Source: the human T2T-CHM13v2.0 reference genome, Homo sapiens. From it: 64,000 bases of DNA. Under the pieces are notes generated by a model. The model ran no database searches. It saw only the letters and a list, made by a program, of their open reading frames with translations, and was not told the DNA's origin. Location: the NCBI RefSeq assembly GCF_009914755.1, contig NC_060928.1; one strand, 5' to 3'. The translations under genes and the position numbers were made by a program. Below, in pieces: positions 26,953 to 40,600 of this stretch; the first letter of the stretch is position 1; the number at the start of each line of letters is the position of its first letter.

Positions 26953-28028
26953 CACACTGAAAAAAGGAAAGGGAGTGAGCACATATTCAAAGTGAGGTTA
27001 CTATCATTGGCCATGAAATTTAAGCTTTGATAAGTTGTTTTCATAGATTAAGTGAGCTAAACAGAGGAGGTAGTGGTCAGGAAATGTTGACTTATAAAAC
27101 CAAAATCATAGTGGGCCAGTACATGTCGGTAATGACAAGGTCTAGTTCATGTCTGAGATCGGATGGAAGACAAAATTATCGGAAAAGAAGAAGTCAAATT
27201 GAGAAAGCAAACAGTTGGAAATACCACCTTCAGGTAGATTAAAATTGTCAAAAATTAAGAGAAATGGATACAGAGAATAAATAGAATTAGTAGGTAGAAG
27301 GATAAATGAAAATGTGATAGATTTAAATTCATACTGTTCACTCTTTATATGATATGTATCTGTGTGTGAAAAATTCCAATGTAAATCCTTCTCTTTCCCC
27401 AGGTAACTAAATTATGCCACTTGAAGTTAAAAAATTATCAAAATTCAATTTTCATTGAGAGGGTTTTTCTAATATATTTTTATGCCTGTGTTCTTAGGTA
27501 AATGTAGCCTGAGATATAGACATGAGTTTATCCCTTGAGTTGGAGTGTGTGATGATGCTCCAGGGGTCTTTTGAGGTGTCTGAAAATGTTTACTTTTACT
27601 TTCGCTCTAGACAGCTGTGTGTTTTAAATCTTGGGTCTGCTATTTATATTTTCTATTACCTTTCTTGCTGCCTAGCTGTCATCTGTCACTTACTTTTGTT
27701 GTCAGTGTGCTTTTAGGCTTTTGCATTCCAATTTGTAGTTTATAAGATGTCTTAGAGAGGGCAAACAGGGAGAAAAGCTAATTATAATTGTGTTCTAAAA
27801 ATGAGAAATGTGACTCTGAATGAGATCCTTTGCTTCTAAATTAAGTTTATGGACTACAAAGTCTACGAACAGATAGTCTATGTTGTATGGCTATTTCTCA
27901 TTTTTACTTGTATTACGGATGTCTGCAAATTTGCTATTAGGTGTCTATTCAGATACCGTACTTATGAACACTAATAAATCTCCATAAAAATTAAAAGATT
28001 GTATATCAAAGTTTATGGACAATATACA

Positions 28029-28112
28029 AAAATCTCATTATCTCCAGATAATGTGTTGTTATTACTGTATTTCCAAACCCATAGACTCTGTTCCATATCC
28101 ATTTTCTAAAAT
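28029..28112 (+). repeat. 84-bp direct repeat, copy A
   Basis: 4 mismatches versus 29626-29709. Confidence 0.95.
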
Positions 28113-28600
28113 ATGTCGGGGTCCTGTCTGGAAACAGATGACTCACTCAAATTTAGCATTTTTAGGAGAGTTTTATAGATGACTATTTACAAAACTGAAA
28201 ACAGGATTTAGAAAAACCAAAATGGGAGGTACAATATTCCAGAGCTAGTAACAGGAAGCTGTTTGCAGGACTAAGCTGACAGGAGTTTTTATCAAAATCT
28301 GGAGAGATCCTTGTGTTAGGAGCTGCTGGAGAGGAGCTGTGGCCTCCCCTGGACTGATAAGTCAGCTGGAGGATACCTGGCAGGGAGAAAGCCAGAGGGA
28401 TAAAGAACCGACTTCCCTCTTCAGCCACCGTGACTTCCTAGCGATGCCTCCCTGGCCCACGCTGAACAGGAAATCAGAGCTGAAGTGAGCCCACTGATTT
28501 AGTTTGTGTTACCTGGACTTTCCGGGGCAGAAAGCAGATACAGTTGGGTGAAAGGTGAAGGGTGGCTACGGAAGGGCAAATGGAAGCCATCCACCATGGT
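28113..28600 (-). mobile_element. LTR33-like ERVL LTR
   Basis: tgtcggggtcc...ggaaacagatg...actcaaatt...ggagagttt...gactatttacaaa terminal motif. Confidence 0.6.
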
Positions 28601-29625
28601 ACAGAAATGAAATTTGAACCTGAACCTCCCTCAGCAAAAGAACAACATATAAAAAATTACATGTAGTAATTGAACCAATATTGTTTTCCATCAATAGTAT
28701 TATAAATACATGCTAATATATTTATGATGACATGTCATCCCTTTTGGAGGTTCCTGCAGATAAATTATCTCTAAAACTTAGGAGCAGTCTCAGAAAGAAG
28801 ATTATAACAAATGTCATTTCCTCATTCAAGGCAAAAAGTTAGTATTATTCTTTTACCATCTATAAAGTCTTAAAAAATACCAGATTTAGACTGACTTTTC
28901 TCAAGATCAAATAATTTACTTGATGAGTCATTCTTCATAGGAAATGTATGAAGAGTTTGTAAGTATATAGGCCCAAATGAGATAAGGGTTCCCTGAGGCA
29001 GCACATGTGGTCTGTGTTTGTTGGATGCTGGCAAATGACTTTGTCTCAGTCCTTCTAGAGGGAAGCACACAGTTCACTTCCATCAGAAAGTTAGTCTGTG
29101 GAGTATTATACTTTCCCGTATAGCAGATTCAGATTCAAGTTAATTTTAAAATAGAAAAAGTCTACATTCTGCTCTCGACAATATGTTTTTCCTATTCATA
29201 GTTTACAGGCCAGATGTTATTTTCTGAAGTGCAAGTAATGAATGCAAGAATTTTAGGAACTTCATGAGAGTATTTCAGAGTGAGGAATATTAATACTTAG
29301 ACAATAAAAGAGAATAACAAATTCGTATTAAAGTCATTAAAGAAGGTCACATGAAAAAATGTTCAAATTCCAGAAGTATTCAGTCTACCAGCAATCATTT
29401 GTATTTATTTTCTCAATGTTATTTATTTTCTAAATATTTGAGAGCACAGTCACCCTGCTATAATCTAACTATGGGTGGTTTTTTTTTTAGAAAAAATTTT
29501 GTTGTTATAATCAGAGGGAAGGTTCTGCATTCTAGTCAACTCAATGAGAGATAACACTTCAGAATGCATGACAGAAAGACCTAGAGAGAATACTGCAACT
29601 GCAGGCTAGAAAAAAAGAGATAAAC

Positions 29626-29709
29626 AAAATCTCATTATCTCCAGATAATGTGCTGTTATTATTATATTTCCAAACCCATAGACTCTGTTCCATATCAATT
29701 TTCTAAAAT
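29626..29709 (+). repeat. 84-bp direct repeat, copy B
   Basis: 4 mismatches versus 28029-28112. Confidence 0.95.
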
Positions 29710-30633
29710 TGGGCAATTTTGGTAAGTTTTCTTTTTATAACATTAAGTAAAAATAGAAGCATTAATGCTAAGTGAACCTAAATAGATGCTAATATCCCTT
29801 TTAGTGGTTCAACTTTGCAGTTCAAGAAAGACGCCTCATATTCCATCTGTGGTTAGGCATTGTGTTGGGCACATCAGAGTATAAAAATAAATGCAGCAAA
29901 ATTAACCATCTGAACATACAACAACTTCTTAATGCATCTACTGTGCCAGACACTGTGTTAAGTGTTAGAAGTATTGAGAAAGAAAAATGCAGTCATGTCC
30001 TAGGGGAACTTCAACCAAATAAGAGGGAAACAGGCAAACTGATCACATAGAGTGACAACTGAAAGTGGGATTTGCACTCAGTGTTTTGAGAGTATAAAAA
30101 AGAAGCCCTCAATTTTGTCTGTGAGATGGTAGATCAAAGTAGCTTATTAAGAGGAGGACAACATAAGTATTGAAGAATGACTTAAGCAGAGGGAGGGGAT
30201 TATTCAGGGTAGAGGGTTATAAAATGTTCAGGGAACCATAGATGATTTTATATGATAAAACGAACCCTGAAGTTGAACAGTAATTCATCATGATTCTTAG
30301 ACACAGTCAGAAGTTGTCAAATAACTGAATATGCCCTTCAGCAAGGTTTCTGATTTTGAAAAAGGAAAATATGCCTTAATTTTTCTTGAACAAAGACATC
30401 AACAACAATTAATTGGAAAATCTTTGCCTGTAGGAGGAACGGGACACTTCCCCAAATTGTTTTACATTCTGTTTAGATTGGAAATGCTGTAAGAGAGAAT
30501 TGTTAAAAACATACAAAAACTAAACAAGTTAATATTGAGTGCAGTTGAATAGAAATATTATTCAAATATGAACCTACATGGAGTTGATGTGGGGCTAAAT
30601 ATACAGATTTATATATGTTTCTATAATATTTAA

Positions 30634-30954
<321 letters not shown>

Positions 30955-31009
30955 TAAAGATTTTATTATTATTGAGGCTAGTTGAAAGCAAATGGCCTAG
31001 CTATATAAA

Positions 31010-31285
31010 TTATCATTGCACAGGAAAGTCTCATGTAGTACCATGTATTGTGTGAATATATTTACTGTTTATATATATACATAAATATCTACACACATAC
31101 CTTTATGTACATATGTATATATAACCAGTAAATACACATATTATCATATTTATCATTGCACAGAAAAGTCTCATGTAGTACCATGCATTGTGTGAATATA
31201 CATTTATATTTATTTACTGTTTGTATATATACATATCTATACACATAGATTATGTACATATTATATATACGCAGTAAATATATAT
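31010..31285 (+). repeat. Tandem duplication, ~140-bp unit x2
   Basis: ttatcattgcacag(g/a)aaagtctcatgtagtaccatg at 31010 and 31150. Confidence 0.9.
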
Positions 31286-32100
31286 GTTCACTTGTATATT
31301 TTAAAAATAAAACAATGGTCATCTAACAAGAGACCTGCATCAGGATATACAGAAGGATGGAAACTTCACTTGTCTGATTGCATCTTGCTTTATACTGTAT
31401 TTCAAATCCATGTAAGTATTTTACATAATAGAAGATCATATCCAAAAAACAGAATCCACAAAATTAAAAACTATCAAGTTGTGCTTTGTGCTACCGTCAT
31501 GTGCCAATGACTCTGAAGAGTGCAGGTGGTAAACGGCTCCTCCCTGCTAGGAAGACCCTGCCCCCGCAGCGTGTTGCTAGTTAGAGCTACTGAATCAATT
31601 CTTACCTGAAGGCAGATCGCCCCCAGGACATTTTAGTTGCACAAGTCATTGGAGTCTCTTTTCTGTATAAGTAATTTTGAGCTGAATTTCTGTCACTTCC
31701 CACTAAAATAACTTTCAGTGATTCACTGAATAATAGTGGAGTCTACGTGGAGCTGACAATAATTGGAAAAAATAGAATCAATTAAGAGGGAAAGAATAGG
31801 AAGAAGGGATACATTCAATCACAGGAGAGTCAGGACAAATACGCGGGTGAAAGACATGACAGTTTTTAACCAAAAGCATGTCTTGAGAAGGAATTGGATT
31901 AGAATTGTTTTAAAAAGCTACATGATTGTCAAATTTTTAAAAGCAGCCTAATGCATAGATTGCAACATACAACGTGATATTTAACCATGCTTTGGATGAT
32001 TAATGTTAACAATAGTGATGGATTGAAACTGTTGCATAGTGCTGGAATTTAAGTGGTAGGGATAAATTTCTCTTTATTTTTGTATGTAGATGCATATGTG

Positions 32101-32103
<3 letters not shown>

Positions 32104-32145
<42 letters not shown>
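32104..32145. repeat. (CA)n microsatellite
   Basis: Direct. Confidence 0.95.
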
Positions 32146-32148
<3 letters not shown>

Positions 32149-34687
32149 TTGGAACTCATCAAATAAAGCAGATCTTTTCCAAGTAAGTCCAGTAAATGCA
32201 GGGCTATGCACTCAAAGTGAAAAAAATTACAGAATTTTAATAAAAATCAAAGTCATCGTACCATCGTAATTCTCTCCCCATTTCGCTGCTTCTCCAACCC
32301 TGTCTTACATACAGATGCCTTAAAAACTGCAGTGAATCTTTTTTCTTGAAAAATGTCTTTATGCCATATAATCATGGCTTCCACTCAATCTTTTGGCACT
32401 ATCCAATATTAATATGTTTTTGGAAATAAACAGAAGAAACAGTAATGGAAGAGGTACTCAATAGAAAAGTCTCTTGAGGTCTAATTTGGGTGGCACTGGG
32501 GAAAATGCCCAGAAGGTCTGCAAACAAGTAATGGGCAATCTAGACAGTGTTGAGAATAATACAGCAGATTTTAAAAAGGAATAGCACGTATAAAAAGACT
32601 TTTCCATTTAGGGTGCCAAAATCCTAAAGTAAGGACTTCAAAAAATAATGGAAAGAAACCTCTACATTGAGGCTATAGCAGATTTTGTTTGATAAGAGAA
32701 GATTTAGTACATGGAAGTTGTGTTTGTCTTCTGAATAGTAAAAATATCTCACTAAGGATATGCAATATCTTTCTACTTTCATGTGATCATTTTAAAAGGG
32801 CAGGAATATGAATTCAACTGACAAAAGATTACTTCAGTGTTTCTGGTTTATTTTAATGTGCATTTTTTCAGTAAAACCTTACAGTAATAAAGATTTTGCT
32901 GTCATCTCATGAACAAATAAGTGTATTACTTTACAGGCAAGAAAGGCAAACTAGAATAATGACCATAGCATCATTTATGGGTATATAGAAATTATGTCCT
33001 TTTTATAAAGGAGATCTTAATAAGCGGTTTGGGAAATTATATTACAAGCCATTCTGTATTGATTTATTATCTTCTAATGCTCATTTCTGCCATGCACTCA
33101 AAGCTCCAAAGCATTAAAATTGGTATCCACTGTAGTTTGATGCCAGTTCTGAAGTTCAAATGGCAAATAAATTCTCATATTAATGGTAATGGTGTGAAAC
33201 TGAGAATTTATTGAAGTTATTTGTTAAACTTCAGTAGGTACCTATAGCTAGTTTTCATGTGAAAAAACCTTTAGTAAGAGAGCAACTTTGAAATTAACTC
33301 ATGAAATTAGTTAAATTTTGGCTTTCCTGCCACTCTGGCAGTTTTGTTAACTCATGGGAGTCTGTTCAGGGTAATAACACATAGAGAAGTATGGACCCTA
33401 ATACCAGTATAAGGCAGAATGAAGCTGTTCTCTACCACGAGAAGCAAACAAGAACCTATCAGAGCCATCAGACAATCATGATTCCAGTGGGCCATTGGGA
33501 AAGAATATATGCAGGTGTTCCAGGCAGATTTAGCTCATAGGAACAGTTACAATATTTTATACACATTTTACAAAGGATATTCCTAAGGATTTTTTTGCAC
33601 TCATTTCCAGATGGTGACTTCTTTAAAAGTAGAAACAGTCTGACATCCACCCAGAATTAAGACCAAGAGAGTACTGTATTAAACTAATTTAAACGTCAAA
33701 GCATGTTGCTTTTAATGCTGTGAATTCACCCAGACTCACCTTCTCAGAGCCTTCTTTGTTGAAAGAACATAATGAATAACCTTTAAGTGTTGCTTCCTGC
33801 GAGTCAGTGCCAGAACGTTCTAACTGGTAGACCAAGAAGCCTGTCAGCATTTCCATCATAAACCTATATTATCTGGAGCTCATAAGTTGGCTGTAAAACT
33901 CAGGCAGAATCTAGGCATTGAAACCTTTCTGGAAAAGTGTTATATTTTTAGGCTGTGTAGACTACAGGGTGGTAAAAACACAGGATTTTCAGGCCCAAAT
34001 ATAGCAGTACTTTACACAAATTTAAACACATTAAAGTAAAACAGAAATGTCCTATTTCTAAATTCACAGGACACAAAAAGAACACATAATTTTAGGCCAC
34101 TATCCAAACCTTGTAGCCTGATTTTGTCCAAAGTCTGTCTTCCATTATGATTATACAGAAAGTGTTGAAGGCATTGGTAAGTTTTCAGAAACCGATGAAC
34201 AAACCTAAAAACTTGATGTTTTATAAACTATTCGTCTTTGAAGTGTTGCATATGTTCTAAAGTGGTCATGTGAAATAGCTAAAGCTCTTTGTTATTATAC
34301 CCTTAAAAGTATTTTTTGTAGAGTACTTTGCATTGTATAAAATAATTTAACATGCAGTATTTAATTTAACTCTAAAAAAAGAATCCTGTAATATTACCCT
34401 CATTGCACAGAAGGTAAGCTTAGCACATAAAAGTATTACTCAGTCATGCACAGAAGTTAAGTTCAACCCAGGTCTTCCGATTTCAAGTTCAGTCTGGTAC
34501 CACTGAAAACACCCCTATCATGTCAACCCTCCTAATTTCTCATTCATACTGAATCTGCCGCTCACTATCATTATGGCCTCTCCTGCTGCGACTGCTCTCT
34601 GCTCCCACATCACTCAACCTTCTTCCTCTTTCCACAGCTTCACAGGTTGACCTCTTTTAAACATACCTGTGGATGTCTCGTAAGCTC

Positions 34688-34913
34688 AGCGCAACTCACC
34701 TGGGGCAGTTTTGCTTTCCAGGGGACATTTGGCAATGTCTGGAGACATTTTTGGTTGTCACAACTTCATGTGGGAGGGTAGGGTACTGTTGGCCAATGTC
34801 CAGTGGTAGAGACCAGGGATGCTGCTGAACAGCCTACAACACCCAGCACAGCCCTGCCCAACAAATAATTATCCAGTCCAAAATAACAACAGTGCAGAGG
34901 TTGAGAAACCCTG
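34688..34913. mobile_element. MER20 hAT-Charlie MITE
   Basis: ggggacatttggcaatgtctggagacatttttggttgtcacaact...gaggttgagaaaccctg. Confidence 0.9.
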
Positions 34914-35233
34914 CTCCGGCCAGAACTCTAGATTAACAATTTAGGATTATTAACCTGCTTAATTCACTCTTGAACCCCAGGTGACACATCTTCGACTTTC
35001 TTTGGTTTCTAAACAATGGTATGAAATGTCAAATGCTACTTTGTCGTTCTAGAACTTAGATCTAAGCTCACAGAAAAGCAAGAATGTGAGCTCTATGAGG
35101 ATTTGGGATCTGCTTTCTTCTTTCGTTTCTATTGTTTAGTGGCTGCCTCATAGTGGGTGCTCAAGAAGGATCAGCTGAAGCAATGGCAAGTATAGGCATA
35201 CGTCTTCACTGGATTATAGAAATATGTGCTGTC

Positions 35234-35440
35234 CATGGACATGGGGAGGGGAACATCACACACTGGGGCCTGTAGGGGGTGGGAGGCTAGAGGAGGGAGA
35301 GCATTAGGAGAAATACCTAATGTAGATGATGGGTTGATGGATGCAGCAAACCACCATGGCACGTGTATACCTGTGTAACAAACCTGCACGTTCTGCACAT
35401 GTATCCCAGAACTTAAAGTATAATAAATTAATTAAAATAA
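35234..35440 (+). mobile_element. 5'-truncated L1PA7-like 3' end
   Basis: L1PA 3' UTR plus A tail; TSD agaa(a/t)ta(t/a)gtgctgtc (35218-35233, 35441-35456). Confidence 0.9.
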
Positions 35441-36519
35441 AGAATTAAGTGCTGTCTGTGACTGACCCCTTGGGCATTGCCATTAGTGGCTCCTCTAAAT
35501 CATTCCCTGTCCTGAGGTCCCCTCCCCTTCCTCCTCATTCCTCCTGCGTCTTCTAGGCCTTCCTGAAAACAAGGCCCTATCATTTCCATTATTACACTCT
35601 GTTAGCTCCATCTTCATCACTTTCAAATACGCTGAAAAATCCTCCTTCTAGAATAACTCTGCTACCAACTTTTCTTTCTGTATTTCTTTTACTGCTAAAC
35701 CTCTTGAGTCGTGATTGGCTCCAATTCCTTAGCATATACAGTGAGTAACCTTTTGCAATCTGAGTGGATTTCCCAGCATGCTACAAATACTGTTCATCTG
35801 AAATTCAATCTTGATTTTCTGCTTACAAACCAAGAAAAGGCCTTTGTTCTTGGAAGTGCCCTTGACCTTGCTAGAGCCTGCAACAATTGTGATCTCCTTC
35901 ATGAAATTCCTTCCCATACTTTCTAAGAGACTGCATATTTCTATCTTTTCACTTTTATACTTAAACCCCAGTTTTTATTTTTCTTAGTGGCAACTTTTCA
36001 TCTTCTATCCTCCTTAACTGGATGTTTTCTAAGCTTTGTTGTTCTCTGAGGTTATTTTTCTCTTTCTAAGTTTTCTCCCTTGGTCCCTGCATTGACTTCT
36101 CTGTGAATAACTAGAAAATCTTTGCTCCCAAGCATTCATCCCACATTTCAAATCACCAGTATAACATGGCTGCTGTAACTTCAAAGTCAACACACTTAAA
36201 CAAAAACAACTATTTCTTCCCCATCCTTTTTTATAACTTACCTCCTCATGCTCTGTGGCCCCCAGACACAGGAAGGTTCTATTTAGGGGCAGAACTGACA
36301 TAAAAAGCCTTCTTTCCCTGAGCCTGCTCCATACTTAAGCCATCTCTGCCATTTTGCCAAGTTATTGACCTAAGATCCTGAAATTGATCTCTCCTAGCTA
36401 CACGCAACTCTGTAGAATTAGCAATTCCACTGGCCATTCCTGTAAGTCCACCCTTCAAAGTGACACCACGTGCTAAAGAAAACAACTCTTGAGAACTGTT
36501 TCATAATGGTAATTGGCAA

Positions 36520-36730
36520 CACTCACGTGGACATGCTTATCCATACTAACTTATTAATACCACCATTCTATGGGGTAGGTTCTACTCCCATACACAGTTG
36601 TTACAGATAAGGATCCAAGGCAGCATGGCTTAAGTAACTCATTTAATGTTACACTGCTAATGAGGTAGCCAGGATTTGAACAAAGCTGTGTGGCTCCGGT
36701 GTCCATGCTTTTATTCACTATGCTCTATCT
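36520..36730 (-). mobile_element. MIR SINE
   Basis: ttacagataagga...ttaagtaactc...gccaggatttgaac. Confidence 0.6.
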
Positions 36731-36849
36731 CTTCCTTACTGCAGGGCACATACGAAAATGGTGATTGGGTGGACATTTTCACATATGAAAATGAAAGTGT
36801 GATTGGGTGGACAGTGTAGAACAAAGAGCCATGCAATTTTAAAGGTGAG

Positions 36850-37290
36850 TTCAGAGGGTTGAATAGCACCCCTCAAAATGATATGCCCAAGTTCTAGCCT
36901 CCAGAATCTGTGAAGATGACATTATTTGGAACAAGGATCTTTTCCGATGTGGTTAGCTTAAGGATCTCCAGATGACCTCATCCTGGATTTAGAGTGAGCC
37001 CAAAGTCCAATTATTGGGGTCCAAATAAGAAGAGAGGAGGAAGCTGACAAAGAAAAGGTGACGTGAAGTTGGTGTTAGAGACTGGAGTGATGTGTCAATC
37101 AGCCAATGCATACCGAGGATTGCTGACAATGCCGACACCTGGGAGAGACGCAGCAACAGGTTCTCCCTCACAAATTTCAGAGGCAATCAACTCTGCTGAC
37201 CCCTGGAATTTAGACTTTGGGCCTGCTGCATAGTGAAATGATAAAGCTCCATTGATTATGGTGCCAACTTCGTGTGGACTTGTTAGTGCA
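36850..37290 (+). mobile_element. MLT1B/MLT1C (MaLR) LTR
   Basis: gggttgaatagcaccc...ttatttggaa...aaggatctccagatga...tcatcctggatttag. Confidence 0.7.
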
Positions 37291-37652
37291 CCTCTGGGAA
37301 ACAAATGCAATGGGAGAGATCACTGTGAGCTGGAGCAGGGAGTCCAATAATGGAGCCCTCAGGCAAGTGGCAAATCTCTAATGAAATGCATCTCACAAAC
37401 AGAATGCTGCCAAAGACTAAATTTTCTTTTAGTTTTTCTAACATTATTTTTGTTATTATACTTTCAGTTCTGGGATACATGTGCAGAATGTGCGGGTTTC
37501 TTACATAGGTATACACGTGCCATGGTGGTTTGCTGCATCCATCAACCCATCATCTATATTAGGTATTTTTGCTATCCCTCCCCTAGACCCTCACCCCATG
37601 ACAGGTCCCAGTGTGTGATGTTCCCCTCCCTGTGTCCATGTGTTCTCATTGT

Positions 37653-40600
37653 TCAACACTCACTTATGAGTGAGAACATGCAGTGTTTGATTTTCTGTTC
37701 CTGTGTTAGTTTGCTGAGAGTGATGGTTTCCAGCTACATCCATGTCCCTGCAAAGGACATGAACTCATCCTTCTTTATGGCTGCATAGTATTCCATGGTG
37801 TATATGTGCCACATTTTCTTTATCCATTGTACCACTGATGGCCATGTGGGTTGGTTCCAAGTCTTTGCTATTGTGAACAGTGCTGCAATAAACACACATG
37901 TGCATGTAACTTTATAGTAGAATGATTTATAATCCTTTGGGTATATACCCAGTAATGGGAATCCTCGGTCAAATGGTATTTTTGGTTCTAGATCCTGCAG
38001 GAATCACCACACTGTCTTCCACAATGGTTGAACTAATTTACATTCCCACCAACAGTGTAAAATTGTTCCTATTTTTCCGCATCATATCCAGCATCTGTTG
38101 TTTCCTGACATTTTAATGATCACCATTCTAACTGGCGTGAGATGGTATCTCATTGTAGTTTTGATTTGCATTTCTCTAATGACCACTGATGATGAGCTTT
38201 TTTTTCATATGTTTGTTGGCTGCATAAATGTCTTCTTTTGAGAAGTGTCTGTTCATATCCTTCACCCACTTTTTGATGGGGTTGTTTTTTTCTTGTAACT
38301 TTAAGTTCTTTCTAGATTCTGGATATTAGCCCTTTGTCAGATTGATAGATTGCAAAAATTTTCTCCCATTCTCTAGGTTGCCTGTTCACTTTGATGATAG
38401 TTTCTTTTGCTGTGCAGATGCTCTTCAGTTTAATTAGATCCCCTTTGTCAATTTTGGCTTTTGTTGCCATTGCTTTTGGTGTTTTAGTCATGAAGTCTTT
38501 GCCCATGCTTATGTCCTGAATGGTATTGCCTAGGTTTTTTTCTAGGGTGTTTATGGTTTTAGGTCTTACATTTAAGTTTTTAATCCATCTTGAGTTAATT
38601 TTTGTATAAGGTGTAAGGAAGGGGTCCAGTTTCAGTTTTCTGCATATGGCTAGCCAGTTTTCCCAACACCATTTATTAAATAGGGAATCATTTCCCCATT
38701 TCTTGTTTTTGCCAGGTTTGCTGGAGATCAGATGGTTGTAGATGTGTGGCCTTATTTCTGAGGCCTCTGTTGTGTTCCTTGGGTCTATATATCTGTTTTG
38801 GTACCACACTATGATGTTTTGGTTACTGTAGACTTGTAGTATAGTTTGAAGTCAGGTAGCATGATGCCTCCAGCTTTCTTCAATTTGCTTAGGATTGTCT
38901 TGGCTATACGGGCTCTTTTTTTAGTTCCATATGAAATTTAAAGTAGTTTTTTCTAATTCTGTGAAGAAAGTCAATGTTAGCTTGCTGGGGATATCATTGA
39001 ATCTATAAATTACCTTGGGCAGTACGGCCATTTTCAAGATATTCATTCTTCCTATCCATGAGCATGGAAGGTTTTTCCATTTGTTTGTGTCCTCTCTTAT
39101 TTCCTTGAGCAGTGGTTTGTAGTTCTCCTTGAAGAGGTCCTTCATATCCCTTGTAAGGGATATGCACTGTGTCTGAGAGATTGTTGTGATTTACAATTGT
39201 TTGCGTTTGCTTAGGAGTGTTCTACTTCCAATTATGTGGCTAATTTTAGAATAAATGTGATGTGGAGCTGAGAAGAATGTATATTCTGTTGATTTGGGGC
39301 GGACAGTTCTGTGGATGTCTATTAGTTCCGCTTGGTCCAGAGGTGAGTTCAAGTCCTGAGTATGCTTGTTAATTTTCTGTCTCATTTATCTGTCTAATAT
39401 TGACAGTATTCCTAGTTATTTTATTCTCTTTGTAGCAATTGTGAATGGGAATTCACTCATGATTTGGCTCTCTGTTTATTACTGGTGTATAGGAATGCTT
39501 GTGATTTTAGCACATTGATTTTGTATCCTAAGACCTTGCTGAAGTTGCTTATTAGCTTAAGGAGATTTTGGGCTGAGACGATGGGGTTTTCTAAATGTAC
39601 AATCATGTCATCTGCAAACAGAAAATTTGACTTTCTCTCTTTCTACTTGATTCCCCTTTATTTCTTTATCTTGCCTGATTACCCTGGCCAGAACTTCCAA
39701 TTCTATGTTGAATAGGAGTGGTGAGAGAGGGCATCCTTGTTTATACCAGTTTTCAAAGTGAATGATTCCAGCTTTTGCCATTCAGTATAATATTGGCTGT
39801 GGGTTTGTCATAAATGGCTCTTATTATTTTGAGATACATTCCATTAATACCTAGTTTATTGAGAATTTTTACCATGAAGGGGTGTTGAATTTCATGAAGG
39901 GCGTTTTCTGCATCTATTGAGATAATCATGTGGTTGTTGTCATTGGTTCTGTTTATGTGATGGATTACGTTTATTGATTTGCATATGTTGAACCAGTCTT
40001 GCATCCCAGGGATGAAGCCTACTTGATCGTGGTGGATAAGCTTTTTGATGTACTGCTGGATTCGGTTTGCCAGTATTTTATTGAGGATTTTCACATCAAT
40101 ATTCATCAGGGATATTGGCCTGAAATTTTCTTTTTTGTGTGTGTGTCTCTGCCAGGTTGTGGTATCAAGATGATGATGGCTTCATAAAATGAGTTAGGGA
40201 GGAGTCCCTCTTTTTCTTTTGTTTGGAATAGTTTCAGAAGGAATGGTACCAGCTCCTTTTTGTACCACTGGTAGACTTCGACTGTGAATCCATCTGGTCC
40301 TGGACTTTTTTTGGTTGGTAGGCTATTAATTACTGTCTAAATTCAGAACTTATTATTGGTCTATTCAGGGATTCGACTTCTTCCTAGTTTAGTCTTGGGA
40401 GTTTTTATGGGTCCAGGAACTTATCCATTTCTTTTAGATTTTCTAGTTTATTTGCATAGAGGTGTTTATAGTATTCCCTGGCAGCAGCTTTGTATTTCTG
40501 TGGGATCAGTGGTGATATCCCCTTTATCATTTCTTATTGTGTCTATTTGATTCTTCTCTCTTTTCTTCTTTATTAATCTGGATAGCAGTCTATCTATTTT

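Noticed and set aside
31555-31630. CTCF-like GGGGGC(A/G) words
   Set aside because: The 5' half of the CTCF consensus is poorly matched
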